DNA of 64,000 nt, from contig CAIIXF020000001.1 of the NCBI GenBank assembly GCA_903813345.2, positions 14,880,001 through 14,944,000 on the forward strand, given 5' to 3'. The notes beneath the pieces are model-generated. The model was not told the DNA's origin. It made no database searches and saw only the letters and a list, made by a program, of their open reading frames with translations. Source of the DNA: Owenia fusiformis (taxonomy: Eukaryota). Every line of letters starts with the position of its first letter. The first letter of the stretch is position 1. Shown in pieces: positions 15,811 to 28,935 of the stretch. The translations under genes and the position numbers were made by a program.

Positions 15811-16915
15811 ATTCGTACAATTTCTGAAAGCTTCGGTATATTTCTACTGCACGATCGATGTTTAGAGATCTAGAGTGACATTGGTGGGGGTCGTCAATCT
15901 CATAATTTAATATCTTCCTATTTATCATATAGCTTAACTTCTTACAAGTCAATGATTTCTTACACATATCGAGTTGATATATTACTTTCAAGTGAGCAGT
16001 TAATCGCCTGCAAACATTATTCATCATGCATCAGTAATTGTAGATATGATAATGTTTTGATTAAAAATAGATTTCATTTTTCAAATTCAGTTAATATGGG
16101 CACGCTGACATGACATTTACATAAGAAATAGGTTATTTTTTTTGTACTATGATTGATGGTTTAGAAATTGTTTATCTCTTTAGCATTCAATACAATAGAT
16201 TTAATATTTAACAGCATTCTATCTCAAGAATATTAAAATTTGAACACTTTTTGTCCTATTTTATATCCTAGTGACCTCGATTAATGTTCATGTTGACCTC
16301 GATTGAGATATTTCAGGGAGAGACAGGTAGAACAGCATGTTATGTGAACCGTTAAATGTGAACACCAATAATCTAATCGTTTAATACTTGGAAATTTCTG
16401 TCCTTACTTATGTTAACAAAGATATTAGTTCACTCACAAGAGGTCTCAATTCTAAAAAATCTCATGGAAATTTGTTTCACCTGAAGATTTACCTTCCCAA
16501 TGTTCTACCATTTATCCACCTTTTTAAGTGTGCTGTGCCATCAGCACTTTGAAGGTGCATGTACTTAGTCTAACCATGTTCAATATAATACCACTTGATT
16601 ATCACAAATCCCCCCTATTAATGAATATTTTAACAGTACTGTTTAGTCTTCCTTATTATCCCTTAATATAATAATGACATCTCCCCTTTAATGTTTATTA
16701 CACAGAAATTAAGTGATTAAAATTAAGATTATCCCCCCCACCAAAGCAATCTCTCTTATTGTTAAAATTCACATTGAATTTCCAGGGACTTTCAAGTCCA
16801 CAGAATTTCATAAATTTATATTCATTGTAATCTTCACCAACTGGGTAAATTCAAACATGTCTTCAGAGGAATACATATAGTAACATTCAATAAAGCTGAT
16901 ATTCTATATTTCCAG

Positions 16916-17772
16916 GTTATGGTCACAGTACACCTAAGACAGACAGTGGCAAAGTCTTCTGTATGGCGTATGCTCTAGTAGGTATTCCCCTATGTCTGGT
17001 CATGTTCCAGAGTATTGGTGAGAGGCTCAATACATTCGTAACTTGGATTATAAAAAACCTCAAAAAATGTGCACGCACTAGGAATTCCGATACTGTATCG
17101 CAGACTAATCTAATAGTGGTTGTATCGAGCCTTAGTGTTATTGTTGGTTGTGCAGGTGCTGCGGCTTTTAGGAGCTACGAAAAATGGCCATATTTGGATG
17201 CCATCTATTATTGCTTTATTACACTAACTACAATAGGATTTGGAGATTTTGTAGCACTTCAGAAGAAGGATACATTACAAAATAAGCCAGAATATGTAGC
17301 ATTCAGTCTAGTATTTATTCTGTTTGGGCTGACGATTATTTCTGCTGCAATGAACCTGCTAGTGCTGCGATTCTTGACAATGAATACAGAGGATGAACGG
17401 CGTCAGGAAATTGAGACGGCCGTCGCGAGAGCTCAAGCTGTAAGACTAGAAGGAGATGTCATAACTGCAAATGGTAATGTTGTTTCACTAGAGCAGAGAG
17501 AGGAAGCACTACCTGAGTTCAAAGAGCCAGATTTACAGTCCGTCTGCTCTTGCACCTGTTATAATATGCGTGAAAAGAAAACGAAGAACAGGCGGTATAA
17601 AGTGACACGATCTCCAGGGAAAATTGCCCATTTATTACCATTACATAGACTCAGTGGAAGACCATCCAATGGTCATCAAGAATCACCACATACTAAAGAT
17701 GATATTTATAGTAATTATGACGATAATTCAGTTTTACAAAATTTATTAAAGACTAAAAGGGCATCCATTTAG
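16916..17772 (+). CDS. KCNK9: TASK-type two-pore K+ channel, terminal coding exon copy B
   Basis: Acceptor CTATATTTCCAG|G at 16904-16916, same phase as copy A. Reads (G)[18 protein letters not shown]...TIGFGDFV...VLRFLTMN...KRASI*. The frame is intact. Confidence 0.92.
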
Positions 17773-19410
17773 CACCTTCTGTAAATAGTGAATGAGTTTA
17801 TAGTTCACACATCAGATTTAAAATAGTACATAAGATATGGTATAGGATTTAAATGTTACAGTGATATGTGTGAAATATAAAGTCATTTTGTTTTAAAAAT
17901 TATATTTGTTGTTATAGTGACCATTGAAAAACTAACAATGATTTTACCTTCCTTCCCATTAAAAATCTCTCGTTCAACATTTTGAATCGGGATATTCATG
18001 CAATAAAAATATCCGAGAGCATGTTTTTACTTGTCTTATATCCTTTGTAAGGAAGTTCTCTCTTGTAAAACATGCAGACTCAAATGGACAGATAATTTGT
18101 TATATAAGTGCACCATTTTTCTGTATCAATAGTGCAGAAGAACTGTCATATTATACCAGATAACATTACTATTTCATATTTGTATTTATTGTTAATTTGA
18201 ATTGAATTGATCAAGAATCATTGTTAGACTTTCAAGGATCATCGATTATCCTGACTTTCCATAAAGATGTAAATATTTTATACATTGAAAAACATTCGTC
18301 CAACATTGTACATATAACATATGAATATTGAAGTAGGCGTCGATCTAGAACAGTTTATTTGAAAGGAAATAATAATTTTAGTGTTTTGCAAATTAGCAAA
18401 ACATCCCTCAAGCTTCAATGTGCCAAGTGAAATCAATAACAAAGGAACAACTATATACACAAAAAATCATTTATCAAAAGATGTCGAGAGAAATTTAAGC
18501 CGAAGCGATTAAATGATGGTGAAATGTAAAGTAAAGATTGCAATTAAGTAAAGGCCAATGTTGTCATAGTTTGACACCAGACTTTTTCATATAATTGTGC
18601 CAGGAGTAATCAAACCAAAGAAAAAGTAGTCTTTCATAATTTAGAATTGTTGGGGAAACTGTAAACTTATATTGTACACTATTAAACTGCTTTAAAATAA
18701 TTCAATTTAAATTTAAAGATCCAAAATTATAGAGTTAGAATTATTTAGCTTTAATGTGGTATATGATTTGTGTGAGTTCATATCTAAATAAAAGGCCATC
18801 GAGTCCATTTTTGTTATCGAGTCCAATCATCAAGTCCAACCATTGTTACTTTGTTATTTTCCCAATAGTCTATAATCTGAATGGCTACATGCATAGAGAA
18901 ATGAATTTAGGGTGAATGTAATATACCATATCTAGTGTATATGTTATATAGGTACTAGCCAAACATGCTTCTACTCTCCATTGATTTATAAAGTGACCTA
19001 ATAATTATGATTATTTTCCTTATTATATATACTTAATCAAAGGCACATGGGACCATAATTCTGGGGGAACAATAATGTATTTTACACCACAACTAATTGA
19101 ACCATGAACCAGTTATATGTGATTTTGAAAATAGATATTTCCTAAAAAGAACTATTCTGGACAAAAGATGTAAAAACATAAAGTTATTTTGACAAAAACT
19201 AGAAACAAATTTAAATAATTCAAAGCGGTACCTTTGGTTTGTTATGTAATCAGAAAGAAATCTGTTCTTTCGATGAACAATGATATACAGAAGTGTATGG
19301 CTAATTTACTTCATGGGGAAATATAAATCCAGGGATATAAATCTAGAGATAACTTGTTGAAATAAGATGGACAGAACTAATCTTTCAACTTATATAGGTT
19401 AATTGCAGGA

Positions 19411-19511
19411 AGGGATTGTAAATGGATTTTATCTTGAGGAATGATATGATATCTGACCAAATGTACCTTCAATATTATATCATTCCTCAAGATAAAACCC
19501 ATATATAATCC
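19411..19511. repeat. Imperfect long hairpin
   Basis: GGGATTGTAAATGGATTTTATCTTGAGGAATGATAT pairs with ATATCATTCCTCAAGATAAAACCCATATATAATCCC. Confidence 0.7.
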
Positions 19512-22500
19512 CAACCAGTGATTGGTCTCCTTTATGCCATGATGTATCACTTCTTGTGCAAAACTATCAATATAGTAATTCTTATGTTCATGTTTACAAG
19601 TACATGTCTACTCTGCAGCCAAAACATCATAGGAATTGTTTTATATTACTTGAAAGATCATCATATTATTTCTCAATTGTAGAGGCCCACCATGAAGTAT
19701 GGCTAAAGCAATTAAATTCAATGATTTACATTATTTCATATTTGAAGATGGACAGGGAATATAGCTTTTCAATTATCTCAAAATTTGGAGAATTATTATA
19801 CGTCTTAAAACAATTTCTTCTTCATTCAAAATACTGAAACAGCGTCGAAACATGAGTTATTCTCCATTAATGCTCCATGGAGCTTTTTTATTATGTAATT
19901 TAAAAAAAAAACAGATCTAGAAACATTTTATTTATTTCCCAAGCCTCACATAATTTATTCTTGTCATTGTGTGTAGACAAAACATTGTTCTTTGTTTACA
20001 TAACAAACCTATCAATATGGCAAGATAAGAAGCCAATGTGTATGTTAATGTAAGTTGTAAGGCATATTTGATATTCATGGATGAAAAACATCAGGTCGTG
20101 TCAGAAGTAGGTGTCTGAAATATAAGATATTGAATAGTATTGAGGGCAATGGAGGAGAGATATTATAAGAGTGATACAGAAAGATATTGTGAGGGCAATG
20201 CCACAGCAGTATTGCGGAGGAGTAATGATGTACATGTATTGCAAATTTGTATTAAATGCAATGCATAATTTTGAGGGTAATGTTTCCTATTTGGACATCA
20301 AAAGCAATGCAAAATAGGACTAAGATGACAGCAAAAATGACTTATCAATACAATTACTTAAATATGTTCATGTACTTAATATTGATCTTGCAAAATGCTG
20401 GTAATCGTGTGGTTATGCAAGAATACCAAGTCTAGTCAAACACAAATACAGAGAGTGCAATATTTCTTACAGCAAAAACATCTTAGATCTTAATATTTTG
20501 AAATATGATGCCAAATCCAAAAATGCTTTTATACAGGACTGTAAAAACTGTGTTGAACTTATGAACAAAAGTAATAAATTGCTTATTCATGATCTGCATT
20601 ATTGATGGGGTAGAGATGACAATTTAAAAGTATTTAAGAAGTGTTAATAAAATGCAGCCATGTACTTGTATATTAACTTTTTAATCCATGGATGAACTGG
20701 TAATGCAGACAAGAGTAGATCCACAATATAATTAATAAAAATATCACCTGTGTATTGTTTTAAAAATTTGATTGTATAGAAGACAAGAAACATAAAAAGT
20801 CTGCTCTTATATTTGACATGGTTCTAATATAATATAAAGTTGTTGAAAAGGTACTGCTGTTCATGAGTGACATATATTCGCTAAGACCAGTTATAGAATT
20901 CAGTAAAAAGAGGAAAATGTTTGAATCACAGATATAATGATTAAAAATGTACCACGCAATATCAGTGATTGACTGAAAGTAGCAGCTGGAAATATTTTGT
21001 CATTTTTAGTCTTCGAAAGGTTACTGGCTATTTTGGTACCAATGGATATTTAAAAGGTAATTTTACAGACCTTTTGATAAAACATAATTTTGTAATTTTC
21101 AGGACTATTGTATTTTGCCAGAATTTATACAGGTATCATTTACTTTTGACAACAATACAGCTAAACATGTATATGTGAACACCTTTCCATGGTGAAACCT
21201 CAAAATGTGATTTTGTTGTCTACAGTTTAAGTCTACAATCTCCCCATTTAGTTTTTTCTAATATTAGCATTGAGATGTTTTTTCTGCTATAGAGTAATTT
21301 TAGAGTATAGTTCTTCCATTGGAATTAGGGTATACAGTATTGTAAAGAGTATTACATATTATCACATGGTAAGGAGTTTCGAAGCATTTTGATTGGTCAA
21401 TTGTGATGATGCATATTCTGTATCAGATGGCACATGAGTAATTTTCATCTGATATGGTGAACTGTATCACTACAGAGTCAATAGTAACAATATGATTTCG
21501 CTGTTTATAGCACTTCATAACTGAAGACATATTATTTCACAGACAAGTACGACGACAACTACAGTTATGACATCATATTATTTCAAGGCGAAATTTCAAA
21601 AAACACATAATATAATGCAGTTTTAAACAGCATCGGAATAACCAGGGCAGACAACTGATTATCACAACTGACCAAATTAAAATGCTTAAAAACTCCTAGA
21701 TATGTGATAAAATCGTCATCACACATTTCAGCTAATGTTTTTGCTTTTGTGGATGATACAATGTTACCCTTCGTGGAATAATTTCATGTGATAACTGGTA
21801 TTATGTCTGTAAAATTTGAGTCACAGTCCCAGAGAAATATCACGCAATCCAGTATTCTGGTTATTTCCAGTAAGTGTTTTAAGATGAAAATTCCCTAAAA
21901 ACTACCATTTATTGAGGACAAGCTGCAAAAGTAAGTGAATTTTTGAGAAAAATTTGCTCAGGTATGCTTTAATTTTGTGAACCCAAGGAAATAAAAAATT
22001 CTGTTAAAATTCTGCAAGTAAAGTTTAATTTGAAACCTTATTTTCAGAAACCTGAAATTCTGCAGTTATCCAGTCCAGCAGTCCATTTGGCAATCTAAAT
22101 TCTGGAATTTTGTGTGAAAAATGGTCAATATGAAATTAGAACTCGAAATGAATATCGGTAAGCTTCATATTCTGGGGTTGTGCTTCATACAGTGTTACTG
22201 TATATATTGTATTAGATATAATAGCCAGATTATGGGTTAGGTTTTATCTAATTAAAATTTCTGAATTATTTCTGTATCTGTGTATACTGTATATATAATT
22301 TGTATATAGTCTGAATGGTGCAAGGATTACATGGAACAGATATTCATGAATGATTAAGTAACTCAATCTTATTATTGCATTGTTTAATCATTTCATGTTA
22401 ACATCATTAACCAAAGTGTTACGTGACTTCTAGGGATGCCTTTGTTAGGTATATAAAGGCAAAATTCCCACTGACTCGACATCATTTTTGTTTCTGTTAT

Positions 22501-22653
22501 ATATTCTTCCGCATCATGTGAAATATAATTAGCCTGTGACATTTACCAGATGTATTCAAAAATATAGAACAAAGATGCTAGTTTTTCCATTTGAAGATGT
22601 TTTCAAATAACATTTGCAAATTTCTGTAGATTTTTCTCAAAATTCACAGTTTA

Positions 22654-23316
22654 TGGCCTAGTCACATAGCCCGGCCGATGAGGTTACGATGAGCCAGCGA
22701 TGCAATTTTCACCGAACTCGGCCGGACACCGGCCGGACATCCGTGGCGTTTGTTGCTTAAAACCGCATCGGTGGTAGCTCGGTGAAATTTTAACTTCGGA
22801 GTTAAATTTCACCGGGCTCTCACCGAGCTCCCTCATCATGTCATCGCAGCCCCATCGTAACCACATCGGAAAACACGTCGGCCGGAGTATCGGCCGGTGT
22901 CCCGTGCATCTGAGACAACCAGAGGACGAGGTTTTTTAACGGACAGCGGCCGAGCTCCGACCGAGCTCCGGCCGATGTGGGACAGAGCATCGGCCGGTCA
23001 CTGTTCAAAGCCCGTTAACAACCCGGCCGGCGATCGCACGGTGTCCTGTTACCTGCTCGGGTACCGGCCGTATTCCTTCCGATGTCCGGCCGACCTCCGG
23101 CCGGTAGTTGCTGCCACATCGGCAGAAAAAAACTACCATTTTGAGACAGACTCCGTACGGTCACCGGCCGGTGTTCGGTCGGTCGCCTGAAGATGTCCGG
23201 ACGGAGTCCGTTCACGTCACCGAGCTCTGCTTCCGATGAGGAGAGCTCGGTGGCACCAAAAAAATCCACCGAGCTCTACCGATGCCGGACATCGGCCGGG
23301 CTATGTGACTAGGCCA
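22654..23316. mobile_element. Non-autonomous PIF/Harbinger (Tourist-like) element, GC-rich
   Basis: 27-bp perfect TIR TGGCCTAGTCACATAGCCCGGCCGATG. TTA target-site duplication at 22651-22653 and 23317-23319. Sharp GC rise over the flanks. Confidence 0.85.
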
Positions 23317-24830
23317 TTACAAACATATAAATACTATGTATTTGCCATGATTGAATATTAGACACATTTGATATCTACGTAAGCGGAATTTGGATTATTT
23401 TCTTGCACAATGCTTTGTTTGGCATCACAGAAAATGAACATGGGCAACAAAAATCATCTCAGTATTAATAGACAGTGATATCTCAGGTGGGTTAAATGCA
23501 ATAACAATTGTCATAGGTTCTGTTGAAGTGATATGCTCCATCCATGTGAAACATAATTCAGGCGATCAGTTCAACAAATGAATAGCTCAAGAAATATTAA
23601 AATGACCCTCATTTCAGTATTAATACATGGACCAACTTTGGGCTGTACAAAATATAGTGTAATTTGCATTTTGTAACTAGTTTACAGGATAATTTTTACA
23701 CAAAGGGAATACTTGTCTATTTTCTCGAATCCATAACTTGTAATTACATAGAAAAGCTTTTATTTTAATGTAAGGAGTCAGAAAGCTTTCACTTTAGAGT
23801 GGTTTATGGTCAAAAGGCTTTCCCACTCCATACAATAAAACCTTTATCATTTTCTAAAAACATGTTTCCACAATTTTTTGTTTATTCAAAATATTTGGTG
23901 ATCATTCCATGTAAGTTATACTGCCAAAACAGAAATTTTCATTTTAGGATAAAGCATCACCTGCAGTAGAGTCACATGCATTTGGGATTTGTAAATGCTC
24001 CTAATGTTATTTATTTGTAAATTGTTCAGAATAAAAGAGGTTATTTCTTTGAAATTGGACATTTCTGTGTCAACAATGAACAACTATATATCACTTTATT
24101 ACCATGTTATTTATGTACAAAATATTCTCATTTTAAAAAGCATAATAAAATGTCTTCAAAAAAAGAATAAAAACTAAATTGAAATTGTTGTGCTTTTGTT
24201 TTTTAGGAAGCCAAGATTGTGAATTACACCAGGATACCTTTAGGAAAATGAATATTGACCAAGGCAGGGCCAAGCAATGTTTTGTACAAGTTAAAACCCA
24301 TTTCATTATTACCCAGAATGCACAAGGCAGATTATAATATCTCCACCTGGTGGTTATATTATTAGAGTCACTGCATTATTGCAAATAGTTACAGAAGTAA
24401 TTGTTACATGATGCAGATTACCAAATTGGTGACAAACTGGTTACAAAAATGGAAGCCATAGTGATCGTTGTCATGACAACTTGTGGCCATGGAGTAGCAA
24501 TCAAATGAACAGAATAGGTTGATATGAACAATTTACGAAACAATCCTTTTATAATATCTCTATTTGGTAATTGGGATAAATATTAATGGGAACGTCATGT
24601 CAGGTAATAGGAAAGACTCTGATGACGCAATATCATGTAATGCCATGTGACATTATCTAAGTTATCAAAAAACACACACCCAAAAGAAATTTGAGGATTT
24701 GAATTACACAATCAAGAGATTCATGTCACAAAAATAGACTTCAGCTTTCCTATTATTCAAGGAATAAAGACTGAGATTATATGATTAATGGCATAATATA
24801 TGACAGAAACTTATTCTGTTCATAGTTTAA

Positions 24831-26122
24831 AGTTTGACACATAACGTTCAGCAAATCGAACGCTCGTTTCTTGTGTTGCTCACCGTTAAGTATAAGAGAC
24901 CCGATCCGGGGAACAATACTCAAGGGTTAACAGACTCGAGGTTGTTGTGTGAATGCCTCTAACTGTTATATAGCATTAGAATGCTATAGATTGTCACACA
25001 TTCATAAAAGGGAGAATTTTATTTTGAAAAATCAATTTCACATTTATGGGTGAAGTTTCGGGATCTTCTATTTGTGTATTATGAATATGGAAAAATTGAC
25101 ATCTAAAGGTCTATGTGAAGTATGGCAAGTGATTTTAGACGGTCATATCTTTCACCATAATAACTTTCTGGGCATAAATACAGTGGTTTTTATTAAAACA
25201 GTATGTTTTCTTTCAAGTGAAGTCCCCATGATGATAAAAATATCAATCAAACAATTCGAAAAATTGTAAATAGGAACCCCATGTCAACAATTTTTTCAAA
25301 ATGTTGAACTTATTTGCTCAAAAGAGGATCTTCTTTTTCTGATTTTTATTGCATGAAAAACATATTTATCAAGGGGACTAAAACATCTCCAAAAGTAGAA
25401 TGGTATTGAAAGTCTACTTTAAAAGATATCAATTTTCGATGACCAAAATCATGCTGAAAACAATGGATAGCATGAGTTTTCCCTATGGGAAAATAACATG
25501 GGAAATGTGTTTTTAACTGTATTGCATTTCAATACCCATCCCCTTTTCAGAAGTTATTAATATAGTGTAAAAGAAGCTTTTGATATATTTAAATCGAGAA
25601 AAACAAGATCCTCTTTTTAGAAAATAAGCCTTACATTTTTTAAAAAATGACAAGGTGGGGTCCTACTCCATAATTTTTCAGAGAGTTGGATTGATATTTT
25701 ACTGTCATAGGGACTTCACTTGAAAGAAAACATATTGTTTTCATAAAAACCACTGTATTTACACCCAGAAAGTACAGCATGGTGAAAGATATGACTGTCT
25801 AAAATCACTTGCCATACTGCACATGGACTTTTCCCCATAGTTAACGTATTAGTACACAGCTTGAACTAATATGAAATATCCTCCTAATGAAACAAAGTAG
25901 TTCTAATGCAAGGATTTATATTGGCTGTTGTACATGAATTCTTTGAACAATCACTTTCTCAATAATGTTTTCAGAATCATTATGAACGGATTACTTTATC
26001 TCCAAGAGAATTTCAATTAACTGGATATACAAATCTCCCCTTATTTCTTAAGAATGGACTGATCCAGTTGACTCGCCTGGAGCCGCCATATTGTTTTTAT
26101 ACGGGAAGCTTATCGGAACCCT
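24831..26122. mobile_element. Kolobok-like MITE copy 1, interrupted by a ~720-bp foldback element
   Basis: 24831-25100 and 25832-26122 match the contiguous copy at 31253-31808. The interrupting segment has long inverted arms. Confidence 0.75.
25106..25831. mobile_element. Foldback/MITE with long (~200+ bp) imperfect terminal inverted repeats
   Basis: GGTCTATGTGAAGTATGGCAAGTGATTTTAGACGGTCATATCTTTCACCAT... pairs with ...ATGGTGAAAGATATGACTGTCTAAAATCACTTGCCATACTGCACATGGACT. Absent from the paralogous copy near 31520. Confidence 0.75.
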
Positions 26123-27483
26123 TTTTAAAGACCAAAATTGCATCGCGATTGAGTTTTGGCATTTGTTTAGTAAAATCTGAGGCCATATATTTGCCATAAT
26201 TTATAGAATCGAGGTCTTTGTTGCCATTCTAATATGATAAACAGACAAGAAAACAACTATCTGCATTCATGAAATTTAGCAGTAAAACATACTCGATTAT
26301 AGACCAGTAAATCTAGATATTGTGATGTGACATATCATATTAGTGACTATTAATTTTACTTATTGTTTAATGTTTTCCTCTTTATATAGCCATCATGACC
26401 TTGTAGTGACATACCTTTCAATTGTTAGTATATTAGTTTTAATTAAATTAACATGATAACCATACTTTTCATATAAGTAAATTTCAGACACTTAAGTATT
26501 GTAAATATTGACCAGAATCAGCTTTTTAAAGAACATTTCAATAACTTTCACTGCAGTAAATAAACTCGGATAAACGCAATATAATTATTGCCTTTTCAAC
26601 TTGATGGGAAGTGCACCTTTTCATTTTTTGTTTCAGAGACATAATCCTTTTAAGTTTATGTATATGCAATGACTTCCAAAGTGATATCACTTCCAGTATT
26701 TCCAATTAATTCAGCTCCAAAAGTTTATTCTGGATTAGAGGTATATTCTTAGATTTATAGTCAAAAGGCATTTGCAGGGCTTTCATTATAGCAATGTGCA
26801 ATTATGTACTATTGTTTTAACATATAATTACCTTTTGGAAGAAGATAGCAATGTGATCTACTGTACAGTACATTCAATTTCTGTATAATATAGCCATACT
26901 AGAAGAGATCTCCTAGTTCTTTTAATAATTTGAAATTCTTGCATTAGGTTGCCATTTTGAATTTATAAAGCCTGAATCAGAAAAAATAATACAATAATTT
27001 TGATCTACTCTAAAAAAACTTTGATATAAGTATAATATAACCATACGATGGGGAGTTTCACTATATTCCATTCAAACTTAGTTTGTTGGGATAACACTTT
27101 ATCGCTACCAAACTTTTTAGGGATAATTATCATTTCCAATAATGTATCACCTGGTTGTTATGCTTTGTCAGATCATTCCAATGAATCCCCAATATGAATT
27201 CATGATGAATGGGTGAAGGTCTTGTGTGTTAATGTTGTGCTATACAGGTACAGTTAAACACAAAGTGGAACACTTTTGGTACCTCTAATGAGTGTTCCAT
27301 CTAGAAGGTGTTCCACTTACAGAGGTTCATTAGCATTTAGTCAGTTGGTCTTGGGACTCTCAAATGTGTTCCACTAACAGAGCTAAAGGTGTTCCACTTT
27401 ATAAGTTTCACTGTACTTGTGAAAAATGATGTTTACTTTGGGGTCTACAAGGGATGCAGGAAGTGCCAGATTTTTCAAATATG

Positions 27484-28650
27484 TAGTCTTGGATCAAGCC
27501 CCTGTCCCATTCTCCCTTAGACCTTGCAGCAACAATAACCCTGTACTCCCCAATTCTTCACCTAAATGAGCTATGGAGAATGGGAGGGGCACAGTGGCAC
27601 GATTCAAGACTAACAAATAATTTTGAAGCTTAGTCTTGAATGAATCCCCTGTCCCATTCTCCCTTACACCTTGCAGCAACAATAACCCTGCACTCCCCAA
27701 TTCTTCACCTAACTGAGCTATGGAGAATGGGAGGGGCACAATGGCACGATTCAAGACTAACAAATAATTTTGAAGCCAAGTCTTGAATGAATCCCCTGTC
27801 CCATTCTCCCTTACACCTTGCAGCAACAATAACCCTGTACTCCCCAATTCTTCACCTAAATAAGCTATGGAGAATGGGAGGAGCACAATGGCACGATTCA
27901 AGACTAACAAATAATTTTGAAGCTATGTCTTGAATGAATCCGCTGTCCCATTCTCTCTTACACCTTGCAGCAACAATAACCCTGTACTCCCCAATTCTTC
28001 ACCTAACTGAGCTATGGAGAATGGGAGGGGCACAATTCAAGACTAACAAATAATTTTGAAGCTATGTCTTGAATGAATCCGCTGTCCCATTCTCTCTTAC
28101 ACCTTGCAGCAACAATAACCCTGTACTCCCCAATTCTTCACCTAACTGAGCTATGGAGAATGGGAGGGGCACAATTCAAGACTAACAAATAATTTTGAAG
28201 CTATTTCTAATGAATCCCCTGTCCCATTCTCTCTTACAGCTTGCAGCAACAACCCCCTGATCTTCCCAATATTTCACCTATCTGAGCTATGGAGAATGGG
28301 AGGGGCGCAATGGCTCGATTCAAGACTACAAGACTAATAAATAATTTTGAAGCTATTTCTAATGAATCCCCTGTCCCATTCTCTCTTACACCTTCCAGCA
28401 ACAACCCCCTGATCTTCCCAATATTTCACCTATCTGAGCTATGGAGAATGGGAGGGGTGCAATGGCTCGATTCAAGACTACAAGACTAATAAATAATTTT
28501 GAAGCTATTTCTAATGAATCCCCTGTCCCATTCTCTCTTACACCTTGCAGCAACAACCCCCTGATCTCCCCAATTCTTCACCTATCTGAGCTTTGGAGAA
28601 TGGGAAGGGTGCAATGGCTCGATTCAAGACTAATAAATAATTTTTGAAGC
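27484..28650. repeat. Tandem satellite, ~140-152-bp unit, about 8 copies
   Basis: CCCCTGTCCCATTCTC recurs near 27498, 27646, 27793, 27940, 28079, 28216, 28368 and 28519. The repetitive ORFs in the track derive from it. Confidence 0.92.
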
Positions 28651-28684
28651 TTGAAAGAATATCCATACTTTTCTATCAACAACC

Positions 28685-28690
28685 TTTATT
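28685..28690 (-). terminator. Candidate polyadenylation signal of TRAPPC9 (AATAAA)
   Basis: TTTATT on the + strand about 250 nt past the TRAPPC9 stop. Confidence 0.45.
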
Positions 28691-28935
28691 TGCACATGTC
28701 ATCATTATTAATTAAAATAAAATAGTTTTAACATTTGATAGCTTTTACAATGATGTTAGTCAACAGTCAACAATGAACTTTGAAACATTACCTAAGTCCC
28801 TTACTCTACTGCACTTACCTACCAGGGCACATTGAATCCCTTAATATCAATTTTGACAGTTCATGATGTAATCTTTTTTGGAATATTGCAACTCAAATAA
28901 ATTAAGCATTATGCCTGATTCTTCAGTATTGTTAT

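Noticed and set aside
22684-23269. GC-rich ORFs of 60-97 aa
   Set aside because: They lie inside the Harbinger-type MITE and show no protein similarity; artefacts of high GC.
27484-28650. Repeat array as a CRISPR array or repetitive protein gene
   Set aside because: The units are head-to-tail with no unique spacers, the context is eukaryotic, and stops and frameshifts occur between units.
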